A DNA stretch of 62,645 bases, filler included, from Rhabdomonas costata (Eukaryota), in assembly GCA_019059605.1 (NCBI GenBank). It is 35 parts of 35 records of this genome, joined end to end, with 100 filler letters (N's around TTAATTAATTAA, not from the genome) between each part and the next. Parts side by side here need not be neighbours in the genome. Positions count along the whole stretch, not along the records: positions 10,764 to 12,458 come from JAHMHO010010562.1; positions 12,559 to 14,251 come from JAHMHO010010563.1; positions 14,352 to 16,044 come from JAHMHO010010564.1; positions 16,145 to 17,835 come from JAHMHO010010565.1; positions 17,936 to 19,632 come from JAHMHO010010566.1; positions 19,733 to 21,425 come from JAHMHO010010567.1; positions 21,526 to 23,218 come from JAHMHO010010568.1; positions 23,319 to 25,015 come from JAHMHO010010569.1; 27 more parts are not named here. One strand, written 5' to 3'. The notes below the pieces were generated by a model. It saw only the letters and a program-made list of their open reading frames with translations. It was not told the origin of the DNA and searched no databases. Shown one piece after another: positions 12,187-23,662 of this stretch. Each line of letters starts with the position of its first letter. Position 1 is the stretch's first letter. Both the position numbers and the translations under genes were made by a program.

Positions 12187-12890
12187 CTGAAAAGCAAGCA
12201 ACTCCGCTCTCCCCTTCCAAATCCAACCAGAGTAGAAAAGCCAATGCTCGGCCTTTCTAAAAAATCCATTTGTTCACGGAAACCACGCAATTCGAAATGA
12301 AGCAGCAAATCAAGTAAACTAATAAACATGCAAAAGTGGAAAACAAACAAGGACACCACAAGCACGTGGTTTGCAAGTTGTTCCTGCTCAACTTTTCAAC
12401 TACAAATGCCCATATATCGACTCAAGCGTCAAATTAGCTATGAACACCATACTCCATTNNNNNNNNNNNNNNNNNNNNNNNNNNNNNNNNNNNNNNNNNN
12501 NNTTAATTAATTAANNNNNNNNNNNNNNNNNNNNNNNNNNNNNNNNNNNNNNNNNNNNGGAGACGATGAAGCGGCGGCCCGCAGCCTCGGGAACCTGAAA
12601 TACGGAGCAGCCGGAAACGTTTGTGTGGGGCACTACAACAACAGCAAGGGAATTGCCCGACGTCGTTGGCGATGAGATTGACATCCCTCGGGGTGGATCG
12701 AGGAGAATTGCCCAGAAAGCTTTCCTTTAAAAACGGTTGCCATGAACCTTTGTGGCTAACACTGAGCAACTCTGAGCTGCAGCGACTGCTGTTGTAGAAA
12801 TGGAAGGTGGTCAAATATTTATTCAACGCCACTATTGATTGGTCTGTCATTTCTGCGCTCTGTATCCAAATTATTCAAAGAGGAAAGCAC

Positions 12891-14070
12891 CTCAAGGGCG
12901 GCCACATGGGCCTGGGCCGCGTCCCGCACGTCCACCACGCCGTAGCAGCCCGGACCCGTCCCACTAGCGAATAGCCTGCCCTCCAGCATGTCCTTCACCA
13001 GAGCCACGCTGGTACCATCGGTGCGGTTGGCGAGGGGCGGCCCCAACATGAAGCTGGGGTTGATCGCCACCATCTCCATCCCCGCTCGTCGCTGCGAATG
13101 CTCCTGACCCCGCCCCCACAAAAAAGCCTGCAGGAAAAACGTTCAGTTTGGACTTTCGGAAAGTTCGGAGCATCCATATCTTCATTATCTTTTCACCCAA
13201 GTAGGTGGGCGGGGGTCTGCTGTTATAATCCAAGGTCCATCCTTTACGCTAACAGACCACCAGAGCAAGCGGCTGCGAACATATGCGGCAAATAAGTATC
13301 CTCCACACAACTTTACCAGATACACGAAACTAGAAAACTTGATATTCACTGAGATAATCCATCGGAACAGAAAGCACAAACCAACAGCGAAGATCGCTGC
13401 ACACCGAGATGGACCGAAACTCCTGGAAGAAGCGCCACGCCGACTGCTCCGCCATCCGCTTGCTGTACCGGTACGGATTCTGCCCAAGGTGGGACTCCAG
13501 GTTCCAGTCCTTCTCCGTGAATATCTTCCGTGGGTCCGCCGGAGGGCTGTCCGGAACCACCGCGGAGGTGCCGGACGTCAGCACCACCCGGCGCACCCCC
13601 GCCGACGCGGCATTCCTCAGCACGTTCAGCGTGCCCTGCACCGCGGGCACCACAAGTTCCCGCGTCCGGTTTCGGGAGAACGGTCGGTACGGAGAGATCG
13701 TGTGCACGACCCATGGGCAGCCCTGGAACACCTCCCGAAAGTTTCGGCTGCGGAGCAGTTCCGTCTCGTAGAGGCTCACGCTGCCCGGGGGCAATTTGGC
13801 GGCCATGGCTCGGAGATGGGCCGTGCGAGAGGGGTCTTGCAGGCTGCGTACGGTGCCTCGAACGGTATAGCCTCGAGCCAGTAGGGCGGCAATGATGTGC
13901 CCGGCGAGGTACCCCGAGGCTCCGGTGACCGCCACACATTGGATTCCTGAAGAACGCTGGTGACGACTGCTGTGATGCTGTTGAGTGATGGAGGGGCTCG
14001 GTGAAGTTGCCTGAGTTATTTCCAGGATGGCGAAAAACACGACGACAGATGTGACAGCGAGTGCGGACAT
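12891..14070 (-). CDS. NAD(P)-dependent epimerase/dehydratase, dihydroflavonol-reductase / aldehyde-reductase-II-like extended SDR; exons 14070-about 13423 and 13103-12891, 3'-partial
   Basis: Contains the VAVTGASGYLAGHII Rossmann motif, GYTVRGTVR, PAVQGTLNVL, the catalytic YRYSK (YxxxK), and then VAINPSFMLGP and VDVRDAAQAHVAALE in exon 2. The N-terminus is hydrophobic. Confidence 0.92.
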
Positions 14071-14376
14071 CGTGGAAAGCTAAGGCCACCGGTGGTAAGG
14101 TCGAATGCGGAAGCGCACAGGTATTACTACCCGGAAGCTGGACCTTACATTGACCCGCTGAGAAGCGGTGAGGAAGAGGAGGGGGGGGTGTCGAAACACA
14201 CGCCAGAAAACACTATATTATTCTTCAAAAAGGCCTGAAGAAACAAAACAANNNNNNNNNNNNNNNNNNNNNNNNNNNNNNNNNNNNNNNNNNNNTTAAT
14301 TAATTAANNNNNNNNNNNNNNNNNNNNNNNNNNNNNNNNNNNNNNNNNNNNTGTTGTTGGGACGTCCCTCCTCCAG

Positions 14377-15938
14377 GTGACGATGCTCAGTGCCACGCTA
14401 TGCAACTTCGCCGGAATGGTCACTCACCTCACCGCCGCTGAGCTGGTGCAGTGGGTTGGCTACACCTTCAGTGTGGTGGACCAGGCCGCGGAGTTCTTTG
14501 CGGTGCACCGCGTCCGCGTGGCCGGGGACACCTACCTCGCCATAACTGGGCTGCCTGGAGGCACCTCTGACCCTGCACTGGGGGACAACCACAGCTTTCG
14601 GGTGCTGCAGTTCGCGGCGGTCATCATCCAGGCACCTCTCTCCCCCAACTTTGTTTTTGCGGTGGTTGGGGGCCGAGCCTAATACCACAGGTCGCGAACG
14701 GCAAAAAGGAACTTTTTCAGTGAAAACTTACCTGCACAAGAAGCAATGTTGCAACACGTACGGGGGGGGGGGTTCGGTCCCTTCATACACACACCACCCA
14801 CTCACCTGTACTCCCAAGAACTCGCGCAGAAAATTTTGACTTCCTAAAAAATCAGTCGAGTTCGTTTCAAAGTGTTTGGGAACCTCCACAAACTGATCTC
14901 TGAGTTGAGTTACTTTTTTGGGGGTTCGGTTGTGCAGCTCGTTACTTTTTGAACTCGTACTTGTTGAATCCCCCCCCCTCTCTTCCCAAACTCTATAGCT
15001 CCTCTTTTGAAGCTCTGACCGTCCTGTAGAAGTTCCATGTGAATCCCAGTTGGGCAGCGCTTGCTATTTGCGAGTGCTCAGTACGCACCGTGAATAACCG
15101 AGGGTGAGTAGGGGGTGGATACCGGGATGATTCTCCAGGCTATCGCCTCGCAGTCCGCCGTGAGCAGCTAGCCTTATCGACAACTTCGGCTCTGAAACTC
15201 CACTCTACCTTTTGACCTGTATCCCTACCCCTGGACTCTCTTAACCCCATTTCTGGTTCCCTCTGTGCTGGCCCCTGAACCCTAACCCAGGGCGTTGTTC
15301 TCAGTATTTAATTGTTGCAGCGATTACCGCTTTAAAAGGGCCAACGCGAAGATGGCAGGCGGCGGCTATCAAATGGATGCTCTCAGGAGCGTTGGGCTGC
15401 GAAACACCCTGCAACTCCTTCTCGCCACCTACAAATCTTCTGTCTTCTGGTTGTGGATCGTAATCCACAAGTGCGTCGTGCGGTGTCCTCATTTGTGAAC
15501 AACCGGTATGTGGGAGTGGGGGGGGCTGCAGTGCCCCAGAGCTATTGACGATCAGAGCCGCTGCTGGAATTGCTCCTTTCTCATTCGCAGCTCTTCAGCG
15601 GACGCTACGACCACCCGGATGCGGGGATGATCCTCCAGGCCATTGCCTCGCAGTCCGCCGTGAACCAGAAGAGGGCCCGCAAGCCCCACGGCCACCGCAA
15701 GCACTCCACCGCCTCCCGGGCGTTGTCCCGGCCAGGCGACCTCCGCAGCGTGGCCTCGTCGTCGTTCAGCTCGGGCACGACCAGCACAGCGGCAGGGGCG
15801 TATGCGTCCCGCTCTGGGGGGAGGTATACCTTCCAGATTGGGGTAGCCTCTGGGCCGGTGACCGCGGGGGTACTGCAGGGGAAGTGCCCGACCTTCGACG
15901 TGTGGGGCCGCACGATGCACTTGGCTTCCCGTCTGCAG
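14377..15938 (+). CDS. Class III adenylate/guanylate cyclase-like domain (degenerate), exons 14377-14631 and 15591-15938
   Basis: VTMLSATLCNF...VHRVRVAGDTYLAITGLP and FQIGVASGPVTAGVLQGKCPTFDVWGRTMHLASRLQ align to the cyclase consensus VTILFADIVGF / KIKTIGDAYM / RIGIHTGPVVAGV...YDVWGDTVNLASRME. The exons join in frame through a GC-AG intron. Confidence 0.88.
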
Positions 15939-17152
15939 GTGGCCAATGAGCGCGAGGGATTCATTCGCTTTTCCAAGCGTAAAAACAAACAGCTGGGGCC
16001 CGAAGACAAGGTTTTTCTAAGGAAATATGATGTTAACAAAACACNNNNNNNNNNNNNNNNNNNNNNNNNNNNNNNNNNNNNNNNNNNNTTAATTAATTAA
16101 NNNNNNNNNNNNNNNNNNNNNNNNNNNNNNNNNNNNNNNNNNNNAAGACAACCACAACGTGAGGAGGGGTGTAATTGTGATTAGCAGTTGTTATCGGGCA
16201 GCGTCGCATAATGCTATGCTTGCGAAAAAATAGTTTTGACTGTGGCAACGCATCCTTTTCGACTTCATGGACAGTGATATGTTTGGAAGTTTGGAAGGCT
16301 GCCACGGGATTGTTTATTGCTGTACTTTGGAAGAGGAGGCCGGTAGGCAAATGAAACGGGAACGTGGGGCTTGTGGGACCTTCAAATCATATTGGGTGAC
16401 TCGTCTTGTTTTTTTTGGTCCTGTTTATTTTTTCGCCATGACTCATCATGGGGCCTGTTGCCTTTGTTTTCTAGGGGGGGGGGCGTTCAATGTTGTGGGC
16501 CACTTTCAGCCTTTTGGGGATGTTTTTCCGAACTCCCCGCGTGCAAGTCCCGTTTACCAATTCTCCGAGTCAGGAGAACTCAGAGAAAACCCAAACCGAA
16601 CAAACGTACAAGAAAAAAGGCCCTTGTGAGCTGTTACACGGTGAAAAAGCATTTCTTTTACTTTTTCGCTGTAGAAATCCGAAATCGTATGGTTTAATAT
16701 ACCGCGAGTAAAAACTCCCCGACTATTTGAGGTCATCCGGGCAGCTCGCACAGCAGCTCTTGCAATGTCGCTGGGGCATTTTCCTTCAGCTGCACCCACC
16801 GCGCAGTCGCCTTTGCTGCTTATGATGGGTCTCAATACGCTCAATATGAATGCGAGTCGGAGAGGAGGGAAGAGTATCTATCCACGGGACTCCTTAAGGT
16901 GGTGGACAGCGGTCACTGCAACTTGTCCTTTCTAACCCAAATTTCTGAAATTAGTGTCATATGCATCCTCCTAACTGTGGAACGTATGCCCCCAAAAAAA
17001 CATCATCCTGTTCTCGGTCGCCTGCTTTTTTGTACACAGGGAGAAACCATAAGAACAAAGAATTATTTATTGTAATATTAAAAAGGAATCCCTGCTTCCT
17101 TCTCCATTCCACCCAAAGAAAAGCTCATGGGTGCAAAAAAAAAAATCAATAG

Positions 17153-17231
17153 GAGGTTTCTCGAGCACGGCTACGCTGTGGTCTTCCTGCACCGTGCCCG
17201 GGGGCTCTTGCCCTTCCAGCGGCCCTTTCAG
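17153..17231 (+). CDS. PPCS: Phosphopantothenate--cysteine ligase (PPCS/CAB2), single internal exon
   Basis: RFLEHGYAVVFLHRARGLLPFQRPF matches the eukaryotic PPCS motif E.FL..GYAVIFL.R..SL.P(Y/F).R.F. The exon has an AG acceptor and a putative GC donor. Confidence 0.75.
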
Positions 17232-18820
17232 GCAAGTTGTTAGTGGATCCATGCTTGGAGCCGCGGGAGATTCGAGAAGTGGGCATGTAAGACGACAGCT
17301 TTTGCTGTAAAGTCAATGCGGGAAAGGCTCATTTATGATGGGACGAATGTGCGACCGTGAAACCCGAGCAAGATTTCCAGTGTGTTATACGGTGTGTATC
17401 TCCCGGGAAGCCGACCAAACCAAACCTGACCTTAACGGATGCTGTGATTTCCAGCTTGACGCTCCTCTTGATATCTATACGTCTCCAAAAGGTGTGGCAG
17501 CCGGTATATCAGTGGTCGTCGGAGGGATCATTGTCCTTCGTTGTATGGTTTCTCTCTCTCGTAGTGCTCCACGATTCGTGTCGTTTGTATCATTAGAGGG
17601 GGGGGCTTTGGTTCGCAGAAAGGGGAGCTGTCTTTTCTGGACTGCTTGGAGCTGGACGATAGTGGGAAACCCGCAGGTGTGTGGGAGGTGGCGGTGAAAT
17701 GCGTTGTTAGAACACAAACGATGTGCAGGTTTTGTTTGCTTTGTTTCTACTGACGAGGTCCCACTTTGTTTCGGCTCGCGTGGGCGCTTGAGACAAAGCA
17801 GCAACCAAAAAACAAAAGCAAAGGTACAAAAACCCNNNNNNNNNNNNNNNNNNNNNNNNNNNNNNNNNNNNNNNNNNNNTTAATTAATTAANNNNNNNNN
17901 NNNNNNNNNNNNNNNNNNNNNNNNNNNNNNNNNNNGGGTGTTGGTTCCTGCCACCGAAACAACTTGCCATTCGGAAAAGACAACAATTTATCGCCACTGC
18001 ATTCAAGGGCATCATTTAACTCTTGCCGAATGGCAAGTTGTTTCGGTGGCAGGAACCACCACTTAATCACACCTTCACAAAAAGGAAGGGTCTATATGAG
18101 TGGTGTGTCTGTGAGTGTAAGTGCGTGTGTGTGGGAGGGGGGAGGTGAGTGGCAGCGCCTCGGCCGTGGCAGCTGAAACTCAAGAAGGGGGTACTAAAAC
18201 CGAAGTGCAGAGTCGGATGATCTTGGAATGGGAGCATGAGTGGGAGAGGGGAGGAGAGAGGAGGCAATTACCCGTGCCTTCTCTGCCTCAATGTCGCCGT
18301 GCATTGCCGCACTGTAACGTGCCCCCACCTGCACAAGCGCACAGAAAGCACAGTAGTTACGTTTGGGGCAACTTCACTGTGTATGCGATCAAATCAACGG
18401 CCTCCTTCAGACAGCTATCAAAACAACTCTGTCGCATCCGTGGCAGCGGTTTTTTTGGGGGGAAGGGCTGACCACTTCCATACTTCTACACCCCAGTAGT
18501 GGACCGCGTTGATTGATGGGCGTCTAGCCTTTTATGATTGCCCACTGCTAAAATCCACCTAACCTCGGAGAGCCCCGACCATGGCACCGTCCTTGGAGCT
18601 CTTTGGGACAGAACACAAAGAAGGGCGACGTGGCAGCACAGTGTGGGTGATATCATCCACGGTGCATGCGTGTAAGCAGCAAGTAACCCCCCACCCGTAA
18701 ACAAACTCGGCTCCGTATTTCACGCCGGCGATGGTGTTCTAAAAACAACAAGCACTGCCACCCCTCCCGCGTCTCTCTTTACACACACATGATACTGGCG
18801 TCTGCACGAACACCTTACAC

Positions 18821-18821
<1 letters not shown>

Positions 18822-18851
<30 letters not shown>
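18822..18851. repeat. (AC)n microsatellite
   Basis: About 15 AC units read directly. Confidence 0.95.
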
Positions 18852-18854
<3 letters not shown>

Positions 18855-20515
18855 TTGTGCACTTGGCATGGTTGAATTTGTTTTCTATGAAGGACTCGGG
18901 GGAAACTTCCACAATTAGCATTCCCAACCATCGACGGGCATTAGCCCATCATGTGCCTCAGCCACTGCACCATCCATGGTGCCTTGCCACTCTCCCTTGT
19001 CACGCAGCCTTGACCTTCAGTGTACGAGCACTGGGAACAATGAAGCAAATATAGATTTCTTTTTGTGTACCCAACCTTCCGCGTTATACACTCTCACTTG
19101 GGCCACACTGCCCTTGTGGGCTTCTTCCCGCTTCCATGGTGATTGGTATTGGTAGCCTTACTTTGGCGCGCACAAACTCACACAAAACAAATAGCAACAA
19201 GCATTCCGGTCACACCACTGCAACGTTTACATTTCCTAGCAATCGCTGACCTGACACGCGTTGAATCCGGGTTTTTATTGCAACAAAACCTCTTGATGGA
19301 TGAACTTGCTGATGGCTGCTTGCTTTGCCTTATTTAATTTGATTAGAAATGGAGAGGCTGGAAACATGAACAACCACAACGTCGGATTTCTCGCTTCTAC
19401 TGCGGAATATCCACCCAGTTTTTCAGCCTGGAGTCTCACATGTCGGAAGCATGTAGTCTCGTCACATCCCCAAAAATTCCTTGCCGTGCGTGCACCAAAT
19501 GCCGCGACGACGCAGAGATGACATCGGGTGCTATTTCGTGTATGCGTGTGGGCCATACCATTCCTGGAAGATTTCGAATCCACCTTTGAATGTGTGTTCA
19601 CGTCCTTGCAAAGCTTAACAAGTCAAGCAAACNNNNNNNNNNNNNNNNNNNNNNNNNNNNNNNNNNNNNNNNNNNNTTAATTAATTAANNNNNNNNNNNN
19701 NNNNNNNNNNNNNNNNNNNNNNNNNNNNNNNNTGTTTTGTGTATGTTCCCTTGATGTGTTGACACACATCGGCGACATTCGGCAACGTTTTCGGAGGATA
19801 AGTGCGAAGGTTAAAAAAAGGGTTCAAAAACAAGCTCCCAGAAGGCCAAATGCAGGCACATTTACGAGAAAGAAGAGGTCGGTTTCTAAATGCAGCGCGG
19901 GGTGGGGGGCTGTTCGCTTTACAGTTCGGAGCGACCCGCAAATTAGCACCTTTTTCACCTGTACGTGTGGGAACAGGAATTTATATGCCAGCGATCTGGC
20001 ATCCATGGAACTTTGCAAAACTGCGGCAGCCGGTTACATCAGCTCCCCATTTTTCACTGGTTGGGAAGCAGGAACAGATAGAACATTATGCTCCCCTTGG
20101 TTTCCCTCGACGATTTGGGTTCGGCGCTTATAGGTCCGACCACTGTCCTAATGGGCCACGGTAAAATTATGGTTTCACAAAAACGGGTGGCGCAAAAAAC
20201 TTCCGTTCTCAATTCCCTTGGTCCGTGTGTTCATCTGGCATTGGGAAGACCGAGAACAGCAATAAAAAAGTCTCGCTAACCCGATGTTCCGATGAAAGAA
20301 CGTAACGAGCGCAGCAGTGGCAACGCGAGGGTTCTTGCCCGACGAATGTATTGAATCAAAGGCGACAGAAAACAAAGTTATCAAAGTAAAAAGCAGTCTG
20401 TAAGCCAAAGGCAGGCACAAGGGGGCGATTCAGCTATGACGATTCAGCTACTCGTACGCAGGCGAAAGCATGGAGAAGGCGCGATTGACGTGGCCTCCGC
20501 TTCCAGCCTCCAATC

Positions 20516-21160
20516 TCACACAAACTCGTCGCAGGGGTCCTCAGGAGTCAGGTTGTCTTTCATGCCGAAAAGTTCGCGCATCTCTTCCACCGTCTTGCCT
20601 GATGAAGTGAGGAAAAACCAAGGGAGAAGGGTGCGCTCCGTTTATCACAAAACAAGCTCATTTCTCGGGTTGCGTCGGGCCTTGGAATGAGGCTAGTGCT
20701 GGGGTTCTGGGCTGCTGGGGAAGTCGAATTGCACAAAACTAACCGATCTATAGGGGTCGTGTTCAAGTCACTCAGTAGGATCTGACATCTCTTGTCACAA
20801 AAACAGAGACTAGGGAAGAACACTCTACCACAAAGCAGGCGGAGGTCACCCAAAATGTGTAATCGAAGGAAGTCATAATAACCACCTGAAATACTGTCGC
20901 ATCTGTCCGAGATGCCCCCCCTCCAGGAGATTACGTGCGACGAGAGGGCAAAATTCAAAAACTCTTCTCTGTCGTGACTTATGTCTTACCAACAGGATGA
21001 AGCTCTGAAATGCACACAGTGGAACAAGCGAACCATAAAATACATCCGAGTATTCCACAACGTACTGCAGAACACTGCTGCTCACCTTCAAGAGGGGTAC
21101 TACCGTGGTCTCCGGATGAATCTCGAGAATGTCCTTGATCATACCCGACATGGCAGCCTC
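20516..21160 (-). CDS. Skp1-like protein (divergent); N-terminal part near 21160-21050, last exon 20598-20516
   Basis: AAMSGMIKDILEIHPETTVVPLLKVSSSVLQYVVEY resembles the Skp1 POZ region (S..IK.M.E....IPL.NV.S.IL.KVIE), and GKTVEEMRELFGMKDNLTPED resembles the Skp1 C-terminus GKTPEEIR..FNI.ND.TPEE. I could not place the middle AANYL exon. Confidence 0.7.
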
Positions 21161-21525
21161 TCAGGAAACTCAGGAAATTCCTTGGGGGGGAGCGTCATTC
21201 GAAAGGAGGACAACAGGTATCTTGAAGTCAACAGTGAAAGGATGACTCTTCGCGTGTGGTTTGGACGATGCATTTCCCATTTTGTTTGAGAAGAAGTCAA
21301 ATGGTAAAGGTAAGGAATGCCTGTTTTCAATGAAGAAACATCACGGAAGAAGATGGATCACTTGCTTTACCCCTCATTTTACTTCTTCTCAAACAAAATG
21401 GGAAATGCATCGTCCAAAACCCACANNNNNNNNNNNNNNNNNNNNNNNNNNNNNNNNNNNNNNNNNNNNTTAATTAATTAANNNNNNNNNNNNNNNNNNN
21501 NNNNNNNNNNNNNNNNNNNNNNNNN

Positions 21526-23217
21526 GGCGGTGTGTTCTCGGGGGCGCGACGAAGGTCTTGTAGCTCTGTGGCAGCCGCTGCTCCGTCTTCGTCGGGTGCG
21601 GGGAGGGCACGGCAGAGGTGATCCACACCTGCAGTGTGTCAACAGTCAATTGCCCGCCAGGGCCATCGGACAACCACCGGCCAGCCACACACCCACACGG
21701 TGCCTGCTCGAGCCAAAATACGTCCAACGTTACTCGTCATTACTCAGTGCGGGTGACGAAGGACATCTCCTCGCCGTCGCCCGTCATCTCCTGCGCGGCT
21801 TCGGCTCTTTATCTTCCTTTTCTCCTCGTTATCGTCCTTTTGATGGAGTGTGCTCTGGTCACCTCTTTTTCCTGCTTTTTGAGTTGCTTTGCGTTTTCCG
21901 TAGAATTCCAGCAGGTCAGGGAAGTCAACTGGCACTCGGGTTACAGCGCGACGCTTGCATCAGTCCTGCATTTTCCTCACTATTCGCAGGTCCCTCGGGG
22001 TTCGCTGTCTTCAATGCAACCGCTGAAGAAAGACCCATAATCACAAAACAAAACACCAAACCACGACCTGCATATGTCCGCGCACCTTTGGAAGGTCCGT
22101 GGTGAGTCGGAACGGGCTGACCCCGGCCATGGGGCTAGTGGAGCTGACCACTGAGGTCATCTCGTTGGGGGTGGAGGCGTTCCGGGGCACCACTAAAAGC
22201 GGGGCTTCGGATTGCGCGGGCGCCCCACTGGGCACCGCCCCGGGGGCAGAGGGGCCCAGGCTGTGCCGCAGTGCGGCAACCTTGGCCCGACGCACACCCT
22301 CCGTGATCAGCTCCTCTCGCTGCACCTTCCCGTCGCACACGAACACCGCTGCGATGGGAGAGATGGAGGGTTGGGGTGGACCGATCCAACGTGCAACAAA
22401 TCTCCGCGATCATTTGGCAGACCTGGAGAATCCCGTCCAAGGCCACTTTCCACACTGGAGCGATGTAGCAGGTGTGTAAGTTAGTCCATATGCTCTACTT
22501 GACCCCACCCGCGCTATGCGTAACTTAGGGATCAAGGTTCCGGTGTGGGCAGCTTAGAAAGCAGATTGGCCAACCGAAACAGCAACAAAGAAAATAGTGA
22601 GTCCCAGAGGAGGGTAGCAAGAAGCAAGCATGGGGTAGGGGGAAGAGACCTCGATGAGCAAAGTTCTTCAGATTCGAGTCGTGCGTCACCTGAACAACAC
22701 CGGCAGAAAACGGGAGGCACAGAGGCAGAGTGCGATTCCTGAATACCTAATACCTCCTCCAGAGGTATTAGGTATTCAGGAATTAGGTTTCATATGTTCG
22801 GCGGCTCCCCCTAGGCACACGTGTTACGTTTGCTTTTTGACGTTTCCCGACTTCGCCAACTTCCTCGGAATGAATTTTCGTACAAGCACCGTCATAGCGT
22901 CGTAGGTGTGCTCTTGGCTCTGCGGTTGCGGGTGTGAAACGGCTTTGTTCACGTATCTCACTGCAGTGGAGCCGGCCACCGACTAGATAGTCGATGGCGA
23001 CGACGGCGGCGGCGCGCGATGGAATGCGATGGCCAGCGTTTTTCCGCGATAGCGCAAGATGGAGTTTTCGAGACTAACCATTGAGAATTTTCTGTGTACA
23101 GAAGGCACTCGAACCACTGGTCACCCACTCTTTGGCACATACCATCACACAAGTAATGCCCTGCTCGTTGAGTCGCACTAGGAGTTCCATGATGATCGCC
23201 GTGTTGTGGGTATCCAG
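21526..23217 (-). CDS. ABC transporter ATP-binding protein, LolD/MacB-type (protist ABCH-like); exons 23217-23143, 22689-22650, 22348-22086, 21628-21526
   Basis: Phase-consistent GT-AG joins give LDTHNTAIIMELLVRLNEQGITCVM|VTHDSNLKNFAHR|AVFVCDGKVQREE, containing the D-loop LD, the H-loop VTHD and the terminal DG motif. Confidence 0.88.
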
Positions 23218-23498
23218 GNNNNNNNNNNNNNNNNNNNNNNNNNNNNNNNNNNNNNNNNNNNNTTAATTAATTAANNNNNNNNNNNNNNNNNNNNNNNNNN
23301 NNNNNNNNNNNNNNNNNNAACCCTATTCGCTTCTTTTGGAGCTTTCGATTCTTATCTCACAACACCCAAGCGTTTTGATATTTCGGTAGAAAAACTAAAC
23401 CCTGCAAAGTACCCAAAATGAAAGCCATTATTCACAGATGAGGAACGGAACCGTTACCAACAGCGGGCACAGAAAGCGGGAGGGGGGATGGGAGGCAC

Positions 23499-23662
23499 CA
23501 GAACACGTGGAAGGGTAACGTGGCCAGCGCTACCCACAGGACGGGCAGCACCACGTTCTGACACCGCAGAAAGCGCGACAAGCCCTCCATTCCCATCCGC
23601 GCCGGGAGGGCGAACAGGTAGCCCTTGGCAAAAATGCTGGCCAGCCGCGCCACCTCGGGCTC
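23499..23662 (-). CDS. MATE family efflux transporter, internal exon
   Basis: EPEVARLASIFAKGYLFALPARMGMEGLSRFLRCQNVVLPVLWVALATLPFHVFW matches the MATE pattern .PEV..LA..Y......LP......L.RFLQ.Q..V.P. Borders are AG and GT. Confidence 0.8.

Noticed and set aside
15222-15290. Degenerate CCCTAA-like run (CCCTGAACCCTAACCC) as an interstitial telomere
   Set aside because: Only one exact unit; too short and degenerate.
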